Shown here one piece after another: positions 8,824-18,368 of a stretch of 64,000 nt of DNA; within the stretch, counting starts at the first letter, position 1, and the number at the start of each line of letters is the position of its first letter. The notes below the pieces were generated by a model. The model worked only from the letters and a program-made list of their open reading frames with translations, was not told the DNA's origin and did not search any database. The stretch is from contig OZ253665.1 in NCBI GenBank assembly GCA_965263295.1, positions 1,184,001-1,248,000 of the forward strand, read 5' to 3'. Position numbers and translations under genes: made by a program. Origin of the DNA: Spirochaetia bacterium (GTDB lineage Bacteria > Spirochaetota > Spirochaetia > SP-2023).

Positions 8824-9612
8824 ATGGAATACTACAACAGCTTCCACAGCATCACGGAATTCATCCGCCAAGGCCAGGGGCGCCTGCTGGTTGACGCACA
8901 GCGCCGGCACAATGCCGAGCGAGACGCCGCCAAAGGCAAGAAAAAGGGCAAGAAAAGCCGTATTCTGCAATTGATTCAGCTGGCGGAACAGCACCAGTTG
9001 CCCGTCGAAGAACACAAGCCACAGGAATTGCAGGGCCTCCTGGAGCTCAGCCACTACCGCGGCTACATCCTGGCCATAGACCGCCAGGCTGACAGCGAAC
9101 GGCAAGCCAAAGCCGGCAACGTCGCAGAAGTCCTGCAACGCCGCCCAGATCTGGTGCTACTGCTCGACGGTGTATTGGATGTCGGCAACCTCGGAGCCAT
9201 TGTCCGCAGCGCCGACTTATTTGAAGTGGGCGCAGTTTTTGTGCCGCAGCGCCGCGCGGGCCGCCTGCCGCGAGATGCCCAAAACCAGCTCGGCCGGGCC
9301 TCTTGTGGGGCCAACGCCTGGGTCCCGCTGATTGAAGGCAATCTCGCTCAGGCCGCCCAACAGCTACAAAAGGCGGGATACTGGCTCTACGGCGCCGACA
9401 TGCGCGGAGAGCTTGCATCCCGGATGGAATTTCAGGCGCCATGCGCCCTGCTGCTGGGAGCGGAAGATCAAGGTATCAGTTCGCAATTGCGCCAGGCTTG
9501 TGACTTTCGAGTGCGCATCCCGACGGCGGGGCACATCGACTCCCTCAACGTCTCTGCCGCCGGAGCGGTTTTACTCTATGAAGTTCGACGCCAGTGGAGC
9601 CGCGGATATTAA
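8824..9612 (+). CDS. rlmB: TrmH/SpoU-family 23S rRNA 2'-O-methyltransferase (RlmB-like)
   Basis: LDGVLDVGNLGAIVRSA, LLGAEDQG, IDSLNVSAAGAVLLYE. Confidence 0.85.
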   Translation: MEYYNSFHSITEFIRQGQGRLLVDAQRRHNAERDAAKGKKKGKKSRILQLIQLAEQHQLPVEEHKPQELQGLLELSHYRGYILAIDRQADSERQAKAGNVAEVLQRRPDLVLLLDGVLDVGNLGAIVRSADLFEVGAVFVPQRRAGRLPRDAQNQLGRASCGANAWVPLIEGNLAQAAQQLQKAGYWLYGADMRGELASRMEFQAPCALLLGAEDQGISSQLRQACDFRVRIPTAGHIDSLNVSAAGAVLLYEVRRQWSRGY

Positions 9613-9697
9613 GAATAAGGGAGTGGAGACCAACCGGCACGGTGGGGACCAGTCGCCCGGACAACGAAACTAAAACAGTTAGAATCCAGCACTGATT

Positions 9698-10246
9698 TCA
9701 AGACAGAATATCGCAATAAACTTGATAATTCTCTCTATCAAAGCAAACCAAATAAATTTCTTTAATAATTTCCTTAACTTGGGGGTCGCCTTGGCAGAAG
9801 CGCTTAATCGCCGCCAGGGCAATGGGCGCGGCCAGCCGTTTGGGAAAGTGGTAAATTCCGGTACTAATACATGGAAAAGCAATACTTTTACAGCCCTTTT
9901 CAAAGGCTAATTTCAGGCTGTTTTGATAAGCCAGATAGAGCGTTTCCTTGAGTTCATTGCCTCGTTCTGTCGCCGGCGCATCCAGTGGCCAGACCGGGCC
10001 GACGGCATGGATCACAAAACGAGCATTGAGGCGAAAGGCCGGAGTCAAGACCGCGTTGCCCGGCAAGCATTCGCCCTGTTCCCGGTAAATGCCTCGGCAA
10101 GCTCGTAACAGTTCGGGGCCGGCAGCCTTGTGCACGGCGGCATCCACTCCACCCCCGCCAGCCAGGCGCGAATTAGCTGCCGTGACCACGGCAGCCGTCT
10201 CTTGACGCGTAATATCTCCGTGTATCAATCTGAGTATCGGGGGCAT
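9698..10246 (-). CDS. Macro domain protein (O-acetyl-ADP-ribose deacetylase, YmdB-like)
   Basis: GDITRQ, AANSRLAGGGGVDAAVHKAAG, VIHAVGP, IAFPCISTGIY. Confidence 0.93.
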   Translation of the reverse strand: MPPILRLIHGDITRQETAAVVTAANSRLAGGGGVDAAVHKAAGPELLRACRGIYREQGECLPGNAVLTPAFRLNARFVIHAVGPVWPLDAPATERGNELKETLYLAYQNSLKLAFEKGCKSIAFPCISTGIYHFPKRLAAPIALAAIKRFCQGDPQVKEIIKEIYLVCFDRENYQVYCDILS

Positions 10247-10316
10247 AAAAAATCCTATAACATCGTCAGTATAAGCAATTGCCGATCAATTGCAAAACGG
10301 GCCTCAAAGCTGCTGT

Positions 10317-12311
10317 TTAACTATACAAGTCGCCACCTTGGAGTTTTTCGATCTCATCGCGCAGCAGGGCAGCTTCTTCAAATTCCAGATTCTTGGCCTT
10401 CTCCAGCATCTCGCGCTCCAGGCTTTTAATCAGTTTATTACGCTGCTGGGCGTCCAGCAAATTCGTTTTGCCGCGCACGAGCTGCGTATTCTCGCGCACG
10501 CTTTCGGCTTTCTCTTCCAGGCGACGCTCCAAAATGGCCTGAACGCTCTTCTGGATGGTCTTGGGCGTGATGCCGTGCCGCTGATTGTAATCCATTTGCA
10601 GCTGACGGCGACGCCGAGTCTCGCGGATACAAATATCCATGGCTTCAGAATGGCGATCGGCATACATAATGACGGCGCCGGCGGCATTGCGTGCCGCGCG
10701 GCCAACAATTTGGATCAGACTAGTGGCGGAGCGCAAAAAACCAATCTTGTCTGCATCCAGAATCGCAACCAAAGAAACTTCGGGCATATCCAACCCTTCG
10801 CGCAGCAGGTTCACACCAATTAGGACATCAAAAATACCGCTACGCAGTTTGTGGATGATCTCCACGCGCTCAATCGCATTCAGCTCAGAATGCAGCCACT
10901 GGCAGTTAAGCCCCATATTTTTCAAGTAATCCGAGAGATGTTCGGCCATCTTTTTCGTCAGTGTCGTCACCAAGGTGCGCTCGTGGCGGGCGATGCGTCT
11001 TTGGATTTCCCCATACAAATCCTCAATCTGGCCTTGCGTGGGGCGCACCGAGATTTGCGGCTCCAAAAGTCCCGTGGGGCGAATGATCTGCTCGGCCAGC
11101 ACCGCCGAACTCTTGCGCTCTTCCTCGCCGGGTGTGGCGCTAATAAAAATTGTCTGACGACAGCGCTGCCAAAACTCGTCATACTGGAGCGGGCGATTGT
11201 CCAGCGCCGAAGGCAAGCGAAAGCCGTAGTCCACCAGATTTTGTTTGCGCGCCCGATCGCCATTGTACATGGCTCGTACCTGCCCCAGCGTCACGTGGGA
11301 CTCATCCACCACCAATAAAAAGTCGTCGGGAAAGTAGTCGAGCAGGACATCCGGAGCTTCGCCTTCCTCACGCCCCGTCAAGTGCCGAGAATAGTTTTCA
11401 ATGCCTTTGCAAACCCCCATTTCCCCCAGCATTTCCAAATCGTAAATCGTGCGGGTCTGCAAACGCTGGGCCTCCAACGTCTTGCCTTGCTCCCTGAGTT
11501 CGGCCAAGCGCAATTCCAGCTCTTCTTGGGCCAGCTTAATGGCCACCTTCAAACGTTCTGGGGGAACGGCAAAGTGAGTGGCGGGGTAAATAGTCAGTTC
11601 TTCCAAGCTCTCCTGAGCACTGTGGTCAAGCGGGTCCATGCGCCGAATCGAAACCAACTCATCCCATTCAAGCTCCAAACGATAATACTCCTCCATGTAA
11701 GCTGGAAAGATATCGAGGACATCGCCGCGCTGGCGGAATTGCCCGCGCTCGAGCAAGTCGCGTTGGCGCTCGTACTGCATATACACCAGGCCGTGCAAGA
11801 GAGCTTCCAGGTCCAACTGCTGCCCCAGCTGCAGCCGGATACGCATTTCTTTGAAGTCGTTGGGATTGCCCAAGCCATATATGCAGGATACCGAAGCGAC
11901 AATGATCACGTCACGGCGCTCCATCAGCGCCATAGTCGCCGCCAACCGCATGCGTTCAATCTCTTGATTGATATCGATTTCTTTTTCAATGTACAAATCG
12001 CGGGCGGGAACGTAAGCCTCCGGCTGGAAATAATCGTAGTACGAAATAAAATACTCCACGGCATTGTCGGGGAAAAACTCTTTAAACTCGCGGTATAGCT
12101 GGGCAGCTAAAGTTTTATTGTGCGAGAGAATCAGGCTCGGTCGCTGCAGGCGTTCGATGGTTTTGGCAACAGCGTAAGTCTTGCCCGAACCCGTGACACC
12201 CAATAGAGTTTGAAAGGCATGCCCCGCCTCCACGCTGCGCACCAGGGTCTCAATAGCTGCGGGCTGGCCACCCGCCGGCTCATAAGGCGCCACAACTCTA
12301 AATCTTTTCAT
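10317..12311 (-). CDS. uvrB: Excinuclease ABC subunit B
   Basis: LLGVTGSGKT, HNKTLAAQLY, SYYDYFQPEAY, VDESH, GFRLPSALDNRPL, C-terminal UVR domain. Confidence 0.99.
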   Translation of the reverse strand: MKRFRVVAPYEPAGGQPAAIETLVRSVEAGHAFQTLLGVTGSGKTYAVAKTIERLQRPSLILSHNKTLAAQLYREFKEFFPDNAVEYFISYYDYFQPEAYVPARDLYIEKEIDINQEIERMRLAATMALMERRDVIIVASVSCIYGLGNPNDFKEMRIRLQLGQQLDLEALLHGLVYMQYERQRDLLERGQFRQRGDVLDIFPAYMEEYYRLELEWDELVSIRRMDPLDHSAQESLEELTIYPATHFAVPPERLKVAIKLAQEELELRLAELREQGKTLEAQRLQTRTIYDLEMLGEMGVCKGIENYSRHLTGREEGEAPDVLLDYFPDDFLLVVDESHVTLGQVRAMYNGDRARKQNLVDYGFRLPSALDNRPLQYDEFWQRCRQTIFISATPGEEERKSSAVLAEQIIRPTGLLEPQISVRPTQGQIEDLYGEIQRRIARHERTLVTTLTKKMAEHLSDYLKNMGLNCQWLHSELNAIERVEIIHKLRSGIFDVLIGVNLLREGLDMPEVSLVAILDADKIGFLRSATSLIQIVGRAARNAAGAVIMYADRHSEAMDICIRETRRRRQLQMDYNQRHGITPKTIQKSVQAILERRLEEKAESVRENTQLVRGKTNLLDAQQRNKLIKSLEREMLEKAKNLEFEEAALLRDEIEKLQGGDLYS

Positions 12312-12363
12312 CGCTTACCTCAGATTTCCAATACTCTGATACGCCAACTCACACCCGGCCGAG

Positions 12364-13764
12364 CTATTGCGGAATATCTGGGGAAACAAATGGATAATTA
12401 TCCAGCGCCCCTTTTTTTGCCTCAGGATTCTTTTGGGGCTCCGCCGCTTCCGCAGTGACACTTTGGGCGAGACGAAACCCCACTGCTGCGTAATAATCCG
12501 CCTGAGCAATACAAGGGCTGCGTTGTTGTATTTCGCTGAATTTACGGCTGGAGTTCCAGCCACCTCCCCGACAGACCCGCAACTCTTGAAATTCTTCCTC
12601 CGACTCAGCGCTTTCTACAGCGCCGGATTCTAGATATTGGCCGGATTCAGTATCACGGCCGGGGCCAATATCTTGATGGTGCCAGTGCGGATACTGTATT
12701 CGCCCTGCGTAAACGCTGGGGCCGCGCCAGATCAGACCGCGTTGCAACTGCCGCTGCGCCGCAGTGCCAGGCTCTGAAGTCATCGGGCCCCGTGGCGAAG
12801 TCAAACGCGGCGAAGTCAAACGCGGCGAAGTCAAACGCGGCAAAGTCAAACTTGGTGAGGCCAAGCTGCGCTGCCCTAGGTCATCAGGCCCCCGTATCGG
12901 CGCCACGCCATTCCCGCCTGGCTCTAGACGGCTCCCTTCTGCCAGGCGGCTGAGGTTCAACTGGATAAAGCGGTCCCACACCCAGTCCCAGGCATTGCCA
13001 CTCATATCGTAAAGCCCAATTTCGTTGGGTTCCTTCTGCCCGACCGGACGCAGCTCGCGCGTGTTGCCATTGTACCAGGCCACATTGTCGACAGTATTAG
13101 AACCGCTATAAGTAAAACGGCGCGAGCTTTTGCCACCGCGTGCCGCATACTCCCACTCGGCTTCAGTCGGCAAGCGGTAACCGTTGCTGCCTGGTAGCCA
13201 CTCAACTTCATATCGCGTCTGGCCATTATCGTAGTTCAGCTCGCGGATACTATAGGCATTTTGCAGTCCTGCCAAGCGACTCAAGCGATTGGCAAAACGT
13301 AGCGCATCAAACCAAGACACCGCGACCATCGGCTTGTAACGCTCCCTCTCTTCGGGGCGCGGCAAACCCATGACACTGTGGTAAAACTGCTGTGTCACTT
13401 GAAAAAGCGCAATACGATATGGCCCAATATACAGCCAATATTGATCTTGAAACAAATAGTTTGCGGCGGGCAGCTCAAGCATTTCCACGCTCCAGTCGAG
13501 CGGATCAAAACCCCAATAGACGCCGCGTTGTCGTGGCGCCTTGGCGCCGCTGATATGATTCGGAACGAGAGGAGTCGGCAGTTTGGGCATGAGGGGTGCA
13601 GGGACTGTCTGCTGCGCAGTTAACGCACAGCGGACCGGGCCAGCCCAGGTCGTCCCCCAAAAGACTAAAAATAAACCTAGCTTCAGGCACCTGTACAAAA
13701 AACGCCAGCCTAAAACAGGGCCAGAATATTGCTCCCTAAAATTATGACCGCGTGCCATGCGCAT
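12364..13764 (-). CDS. Formylglycine-generating enzyme (FGE/SUMF1)-like domain protein, probably exported
   Basis: VSWFDALRFANRLS, GYRLPTEAEWEYAARGG, PNEIGLYDMSGNAWDWVWD, RVCRGGGW, VGFRLA; hydrophobic N-terminal segment. Confidence 0.9.
   Translation of the reverse strand: MRMARGHNFREQYSGPVLGWRFLYRCLKLGLFLVFWGTTWAGPVRCALTAQQTVPAPLMPKLPTPLVPNHISGAKAPRQRGVYWGFDPLDWSVEMLELPAANYLFQDQYWLYIGPYRIALFQVTQQFYHSVMGLPRPEERERYKPMVAVSWFDALRFANRLSRLAGLQNAYSIRELNYDNGQTRYEVEWLPGSNGYRLPTEAEWEYAARGGKSSRRFTYSGSNTVDNVAWYNGNTRELRPVGQKEPNEIGLYDMSGNAWDWVWDRFIQLNLSRLAEGSRLEPGGNGVAPIRGPDDLGQRSLASPSLTLPRLTSPRLTSPRLTSPRGPMTSEPGTAAQRQLQRGLIWRGPSVYAGRIQYPHWHHQDIGPGRDTESGQYLESGAVESAESEEEFQELRVCRGGGWNSSRKFSEIQQRSPCIAQADYYAAVGFRLAQSVTAEAAEPQKNPEAKKGALDNYPFVSPDIPQ
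12791..12868. repeat. In-frame 15-bp tandem repeat encoding (LTSPR)n
   Basis: ggcgaagtcaaacgc x3 exact (12794-12838) plus 2 degenerate copies. Confidence 0.9.
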
Positions 13765-13841
13765 GACCTTATTTTGCCCGACCAGAAGCCCTCAAGCAAT
13801 CACCAAACATTCAAAGCATCGCCCAATATTCTAGTTACAAA

Positions 13842-14525
13842 TTATTCGGCAAGCTCGCCAGAAGATGCTGCCTTTTTCTCATTTGTCTCCGCCTCATTTG
13901 TCTCTATTTGCAAATCTGGACTTAAATCTGTAGTTGCCGCCGGCGAGAGTGATTCAATACTCCATTTTTTTTCTGCGTCAAAGGTCCTTGGATAGTTGAC
14001 AACCCAGCGCTGTATGAACTCTGGAGAATTGCTGTTACTCGCATAAATATTATCGTAGCTGGCAACTAAATAATTGCGGCCCTTGGCGGGTTTTTCCAAT
14101 TTGGGTTCCCTCAGCGTAATTGTACCCAGTTCTGTGCGCCATTCTTCAGAACGAGCACTTGAGTCCAACAGTTCTTCCCAAGACTCAAAGCGGCCCAACT
14201 GTAGCTTCAGCTGGTGCTCCCCAAGAGACAAGAGCACGACATCAATTCCGAACACCAGCGGTTTATCCAGGACCTGGCCGTCGAGCTCGGTGACGGCCAG
14301 AAAGTCTGATTTGCCCATAAAGCCTGGCTGCACCGTCACGAGTTCCCACTTGACCGTATCGGCCGCCCCCTGGGACAAGTCTTTTGTCACTCCAGACGAC
14401 GCACAAGCGACCAGAAACTGGGCGACTAACAAGAAAAAACCACAAGACTTAAAGACCCATTTTCCATATTTCTCAGATTTCTTCAATTCCTGAATGCTTT
14501 CGCGCCCTTTTTCAATTTTCACCAT
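13842..14525 (-). CDS. Hypothetical lipoprotein
   Basis: Hydrophobic stretch ending FLVAC (lipobox-like); AAAGGTAG SD-like site upstream. Confidence 0.65.
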   Translation of the reverse strand: MVKIEKGRESIQELKKSEKYGKWVFKSCGFFLLVAQFLVACASSGVTKDLSQGAADTVKWELVTVQPGFMGKSDFLAVTELDGQVLDKPLVFGIDVVLLSLGEHQLKLQLGRFESWEELLDSSARSEEWRTELGTITLREPKLEKPAKGRNYLVASYDNIYASNSNSPEFIQRWVVNYPRTFDAEKKWSIESLSPAATTDLSPDLQIETNEAETNEKKAASSGELAE

Positions 14526-14786
14526 TCTACCTTTATTCCATCTTTATTCAGCCAGCCACAGCTAATATTCAATTCCATATCATTCATGATTCTACCTTTG
14601 GATTTTCCATTTTTTGAATTTCCTATTTTGAATTCTCTATTTTAAGAATCTCCATCCTAAATCTCTGATTGGCTTCCCGCTCAATTTCACATAAATTTCA
14701 ACTGAAATTTTCAAAGCTACGCGCGAGCCTCGGTATTGCGGCCATTCTACCTTTCAAGTCCAGTTCAAAGCCAAAGCATGGAATAA

Positions 14787-15701
14787 TTACGGTCGATTGT
14801 CAAGTTTCACATCACTTACGTCCAAGGCCAGTATTTCACCGTCAGGACTCACTTCCATGAGCCAAAGGCTCCGCGAGTTGAGCTCCCAGAAATAATGCTG
14901 GCCTACAGCTAACTCTGGCGTGCAAGAAATACGGCAATCCAAAGCGGCTTCAATCACATTCAAGGCTTGCCAACGACCTGGAGGCATACCCAGATCACCG
15001 AGAATCGGCACCATTGTCCGCATGCGAATGTCGTACCAGTCAATGGCCAGACGGCCCAGTTCGGCGACCAAAAACTCCAGATCATAGTTCCAGGGATTCA
15101 GCAAAAAGTCTCCGGCGCGCCACTGCATGCGCTTTTTTATATAGTAGTCCAGCTTGGCAACATTTAAATAGCGCACGTCAAAGCCTCGGCGCAGCAAATC
15201 ACTCAGAACTTGAGCCCGAAAACCGTCTAGCCAAGTGGCCGGTATGGAATAACGGCAAATATCCTGATTTTCATCGTCGCTGCGCTCCTGCCACATCAAC
15301 ACCGTGCCCGCGGGGCGCCAAAGCTTTTTGCCAAAATGAACTGGCACTTCCTCAAATTGCGGGAAGGCCCGCAAGACCAAGGATTCCTGTTTTTTCAATT
15401 CTACTCGCAGCACAGCACCACTAGCCGACTCATTCCTGAACTGTGGCGGTCCCGAACCCGGCCCAGAAGCACTGGCGACGAACTGCAAGTCCCAATACCA
15501 GCCGCGCAAATTCAGGCCGCTTTGCTCGGACCAGCCCGCCGGCAATTGCGGCGCATAAATATCATAGCTCCGCGGCCGCTGCAGATCCTCTTGCAATGCG
15601 TTACAAGAAGTTAAAATATACAGGTCCATTATCAGGCCCAGTGACAAACAGAATGCCAGCCCCAATTGCCGGCAGTAGCTGCCCTTTCCATCTTCTCCCA
15701 C
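14787..15701 (-). CDS. Hypothetical lipoprotein
   Basis: 304-aa ORF with signal-like region ending ILTSC. Confidence 0.65.
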   Translation of the reverse strand: MGEDGKGSYCRQLGLAFCLSLGLIMDLYILTSCNALQEDLQRPRSYDIYAPQLPAGWSEQSGLNLRGWYWDLQFVASASGPGSGPPQFRNESASGAVLRVELKKQESLVLRAFPQFEEVPVHFGKKLWRPAGTVLMWQERSDDENQDICRYSIPATWLDGFRAQVLSDLLRRGFDVRYLNVAKLDYYIKKRMQWRAGDFLLNPWNYDLEFLVAELGRLAIDWYDIRMRTMVPILGDLGMPPGRWQALNVIEAALDCRISCTPELAVGQHYFWELNSRSLWLMEVSPDGEILALDVSDVKLDNRP

Positions 15702-15918
15702 AAGCCGCCCCCCTAAAGTCTTTAGATAGAAGACCTTTGATAATTTTCACAAGCAAATCTCCAGAATAAGTTTCCAAAACAATTTTTCAAATGTTCCCAA
15801 CATTTCCCCCGCCGAGAACCTGAGCTTTTTCGTAAAGGCCATACAAAGCAAAAGGAAAGTTTTCAATTTTATTCAAACGCCTGCCGTAAAGTGGAGTCTG
15901 GCAGCAAGGATGAAGACC

Positions 15919-17480
15919 ATGCATACCAGGTCAAAGGCTGATTAAACAGCTAAATATACTGGACAAAAAAGCAAAATTATCAAAATATGAAAAATAATAA
16001 TTTTTATGAAAAAAACTATTGACTAAAATATATAATTTTTGTAACAACAAGAATTGTAAACAATCAATATTGGAGACAGATTCTAAATAAATAGTATTTT
16101 ATCGATAACCGAAACTCACGATTTGTCATAAATATATGCGGTATTTTGCCTATCCAATTCCTACCCCAATTTTTACGCCTTGGAATATTTATTTTAAATC
16201 TAGGGAGGCAAGCATATGCCACACGAAAAATCATTTTCGTTTCCGTCAATATATATATTGACGGCGTCCCTGTTACTCGCAGGCTGCTATGATATAGAGC
16301 GCCGAGAAATCCCCAAGAATGTTTTTCGCATTAAGCCAAAGACTGTCATAAAATCGCCTTACATACTCGTCGAAAGTACTAGCTATAAGACATATATTGT
16401 CGACAGATTTGAAAAAGACGGCGAGCTCGTCTACGATAGCAGCCGTCGCAATGAAAGCCAGCGCATCGTGCGCCCGGATATCTGGCAAGACTGCTTTATC
16501 TCTTGGGGCCTGCGCATAAAAAACACGCCGAGGGTATACTGGCTAATAAAGCAACGTCAAGGTAATACCCAATTTACTATCCCGGACCCGAAAAGAGACA
16601 AGGACGGAGAGAAGGTGTCAAAATTCATATATAAATTGAAGCGAAGAATAAGGGAAAAACAGGAACAAGTAACTACGCTGAAATTGAAGCAAAAGATTGA
16701 TCCACATGACATCAAAATACAAATCGTCGCCGAGTTGCTGCTCTCGGATACTTATATAATACGAAGCAGCTATGATCTGGGCCCTGAAGCCACCTCTCAA
16801 GTCTTAGGTGCCACCCTTTACAAAAGATTATATAAAGTTTGTGATACTAAAAATATCTTCAATCTGCAAAATGCTGCGAAATGCATGCCAAGTAAAAGGC
16901 CGATTAAACAGCTAAATATACTGAGCAGAAAGGCGAAATTATTAAAATATGTAAAATAATAATTTTTAATAAAAAAGTATTGACAATAATGTATAATTTT
17001 GCAAACTCTTGTTAGCAAATTCTAAATGATAGTTCAAAATAGTATTTCATGGAAAAATGCATCACAAATGTGTCATAAATATCTTCGGTATTTTGCCTGC
17101 CCGATATTTGTTTTGCTCCTTCAAATATCTATTTTGGATCTAAGGAGGTAAGCATATGGCCACCCAAAACCCGTTTCTTCTAAAATCATATTTATATATT
17201 ATGATTTTCTCCCTGCTACTCGCAGGCTGTGAAGATAAAGACACAGGAAATCACCCCCCAAATTTAAAAAAGAGTGTCTTTCGCATTAAGCCAGATGTAA
17301 ATATTGGTAGGACATATATAATCGACAGATTTGAAAAAGACGGCGAGCTCGTCTACGATAGTAATCACAATGAAAGTAAGCACGTCGTGCGTATGGAGAC
17401 CTGGAGAAACTGCCGCATTTCCTGGGGCCTGCGGATAAAAAATACGCCGAATGTACACTGGTTAGTAAACCTAGCTCTAT
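15919..17480 (+). repeat. Diverged tandem duplication (period about 0.96 kb) of an upstream region plus lipoprotein 5' half
   Basis: atgcataccaggtcaaaggctgattaaacagctaaatatactg (15919) vs atgcatgccaagtaaaaggccgattaaacagctaaatatactg (16881). Both copies also share gtcataaatat..cggtattttgcct, ggagg.aagcatATG and gacagatttgaaaaagacggcgagctcgtctacgatag. Confidence 0.9.
16216..16959 (+). CDS. Lipoprotein, paralog A
   Basis: GGAGG SD, lipobox LLAGC, domain VFRIKP...DRFEKDGELVYDS...ISWGLRIKNTP shared with paralog B. Confidence 0.8.
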   Translation: MPHEKSFSFPSIYILTASLLLAGCYDIERREIPKNVFRIKPKTVIKSPYILVESTSYKTYIVDRFEKDGELVYDSSRRNESQRIVRPDIWQDCFISWGLRIKNTPRVYWLIKQRQGNTQFTIPDPKRDKDGEKVSKFIYKLKRRIREKQEQVTTLKLKQKIDPHDIKIQIVAELLLSDTYIIRSSYDLGPEATSQVLGATLYKRLYKVCDTKNIFNLQNAAKCMPSKRPIKQLNILSRKAKLLKYVK

Positions 17481-18281
17481 GTGACGACCAATTCACTCTG
17501 CCTAATAAACTGCCGCCAGAACTGCAAACGATAAAAGGAAAGGAAGAAAAAAAAACTGGGACACAAAATTAAACTACAAATCGTTGGTAAATTGGAGCTG
17601 TTTGATGATCTTATAGTCCAAGACAGCCATGATCTGGACTTGCAAGCTTTCGCCCAAGGAAAAGACACGTACCCAATCTCTTCCGACTCTTCCGACATCC
17701 CAGGAACCCAAACGGAGGAAGCACATCGGGATGAGGTCCAAAAAAAAATTGATAACGAGATGCAAAAACCAACAGTAAAGATTGAAGTTATAAACACGCT
17801 TGACATTGGTAAAAAACCAACAAAAGATGATATAGAATTCAGTAATAAGCCAGACGGGCTGGAATTTGAATTTAAGGAAGCTACAGAAACAGACTATTAC
17901 GGAAAAGCAAACATCACGTACACAATCTTTTCCGACATCCCAGGAACCCAAAAGAAGGATAAAACGCGGAAGGTCAGCGATTTCTGGAATTCTGATGTTC
18001 AAAAAGTCCAAGAAAAAATTAATAAAGCAATAGAAAGCCCAGAATTTATAGTTAAAACTAAAAAATCTCTTCAACCTTCTACAGAGATAAAAGATCTTTC
18101 CGGCATAACACCTCACAGTTTCTCAACAGCTTTGAATATTCAAATTTTGAGCTGTCAAACTTTAGAAAAGGAAGACGGCGATAAGCTTTACGCAAATATT
18201 GAGTACAAAGTTTCTTCTAACAAAGTAAAAGGTACCATGCCGCGTACAACTACAAATAAGCTTGAGATTGTTAAATATTAA
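17156..18281 (+). pseudogene. Lipoprotein, paralog B, frameshifted in an A9 tract (17547-17555); A8 would give one 374-aa ORF
   Basis: ORF 17156-17572 has lipobox LLAGC. The shifted frame reads LGHKIKLQIVGKLELFDDLIVQDSHDLDL, aligning with paralog A PHDIKIQIVAELLLSDTYIIRSSYDLGP, and continues into ORF 17592-18281. Confidence 0.8.
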
Positions 18282-18326
18282 GAAGAAGACTGACCACTAC
18301 GGCAAACTTTGCCGGGATTTTTGATG

Positions 18327-18354
18327 AGGGGGCTGGGCAGGGCCCCCTTTCTTT
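18327..18354 (+). terminator. Rho-independent terminator after paralog B
   Basis: AGGGGGC-tgggcagg-GCCCCCT followed by TTCTTT. Confidence 0.6.
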
Positions 18355-18368
18355 ACTAAAGTAGCGTC

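Noticed and set aside
12364..12600. Complete diversity-generating retroelement in this window
   Set aside because: No reverse transcriptase, accessory gene or template repeat seen; kept only as a remote-target lead.
16128..16154. sigma28-like promoter TAAA-N15-GCCTATCC upstream of lipoprotein A
   Set aside because: Weak -10 match that is not preserved in the duplicated copy.
18283..18368. His attenuator upstream of hisG
   Set aside because: There is no His-codon leader peptide. The hairpin fits a terminator for the upstream lipoprotein gene, and the predicted hisG promoter leaves no leader.
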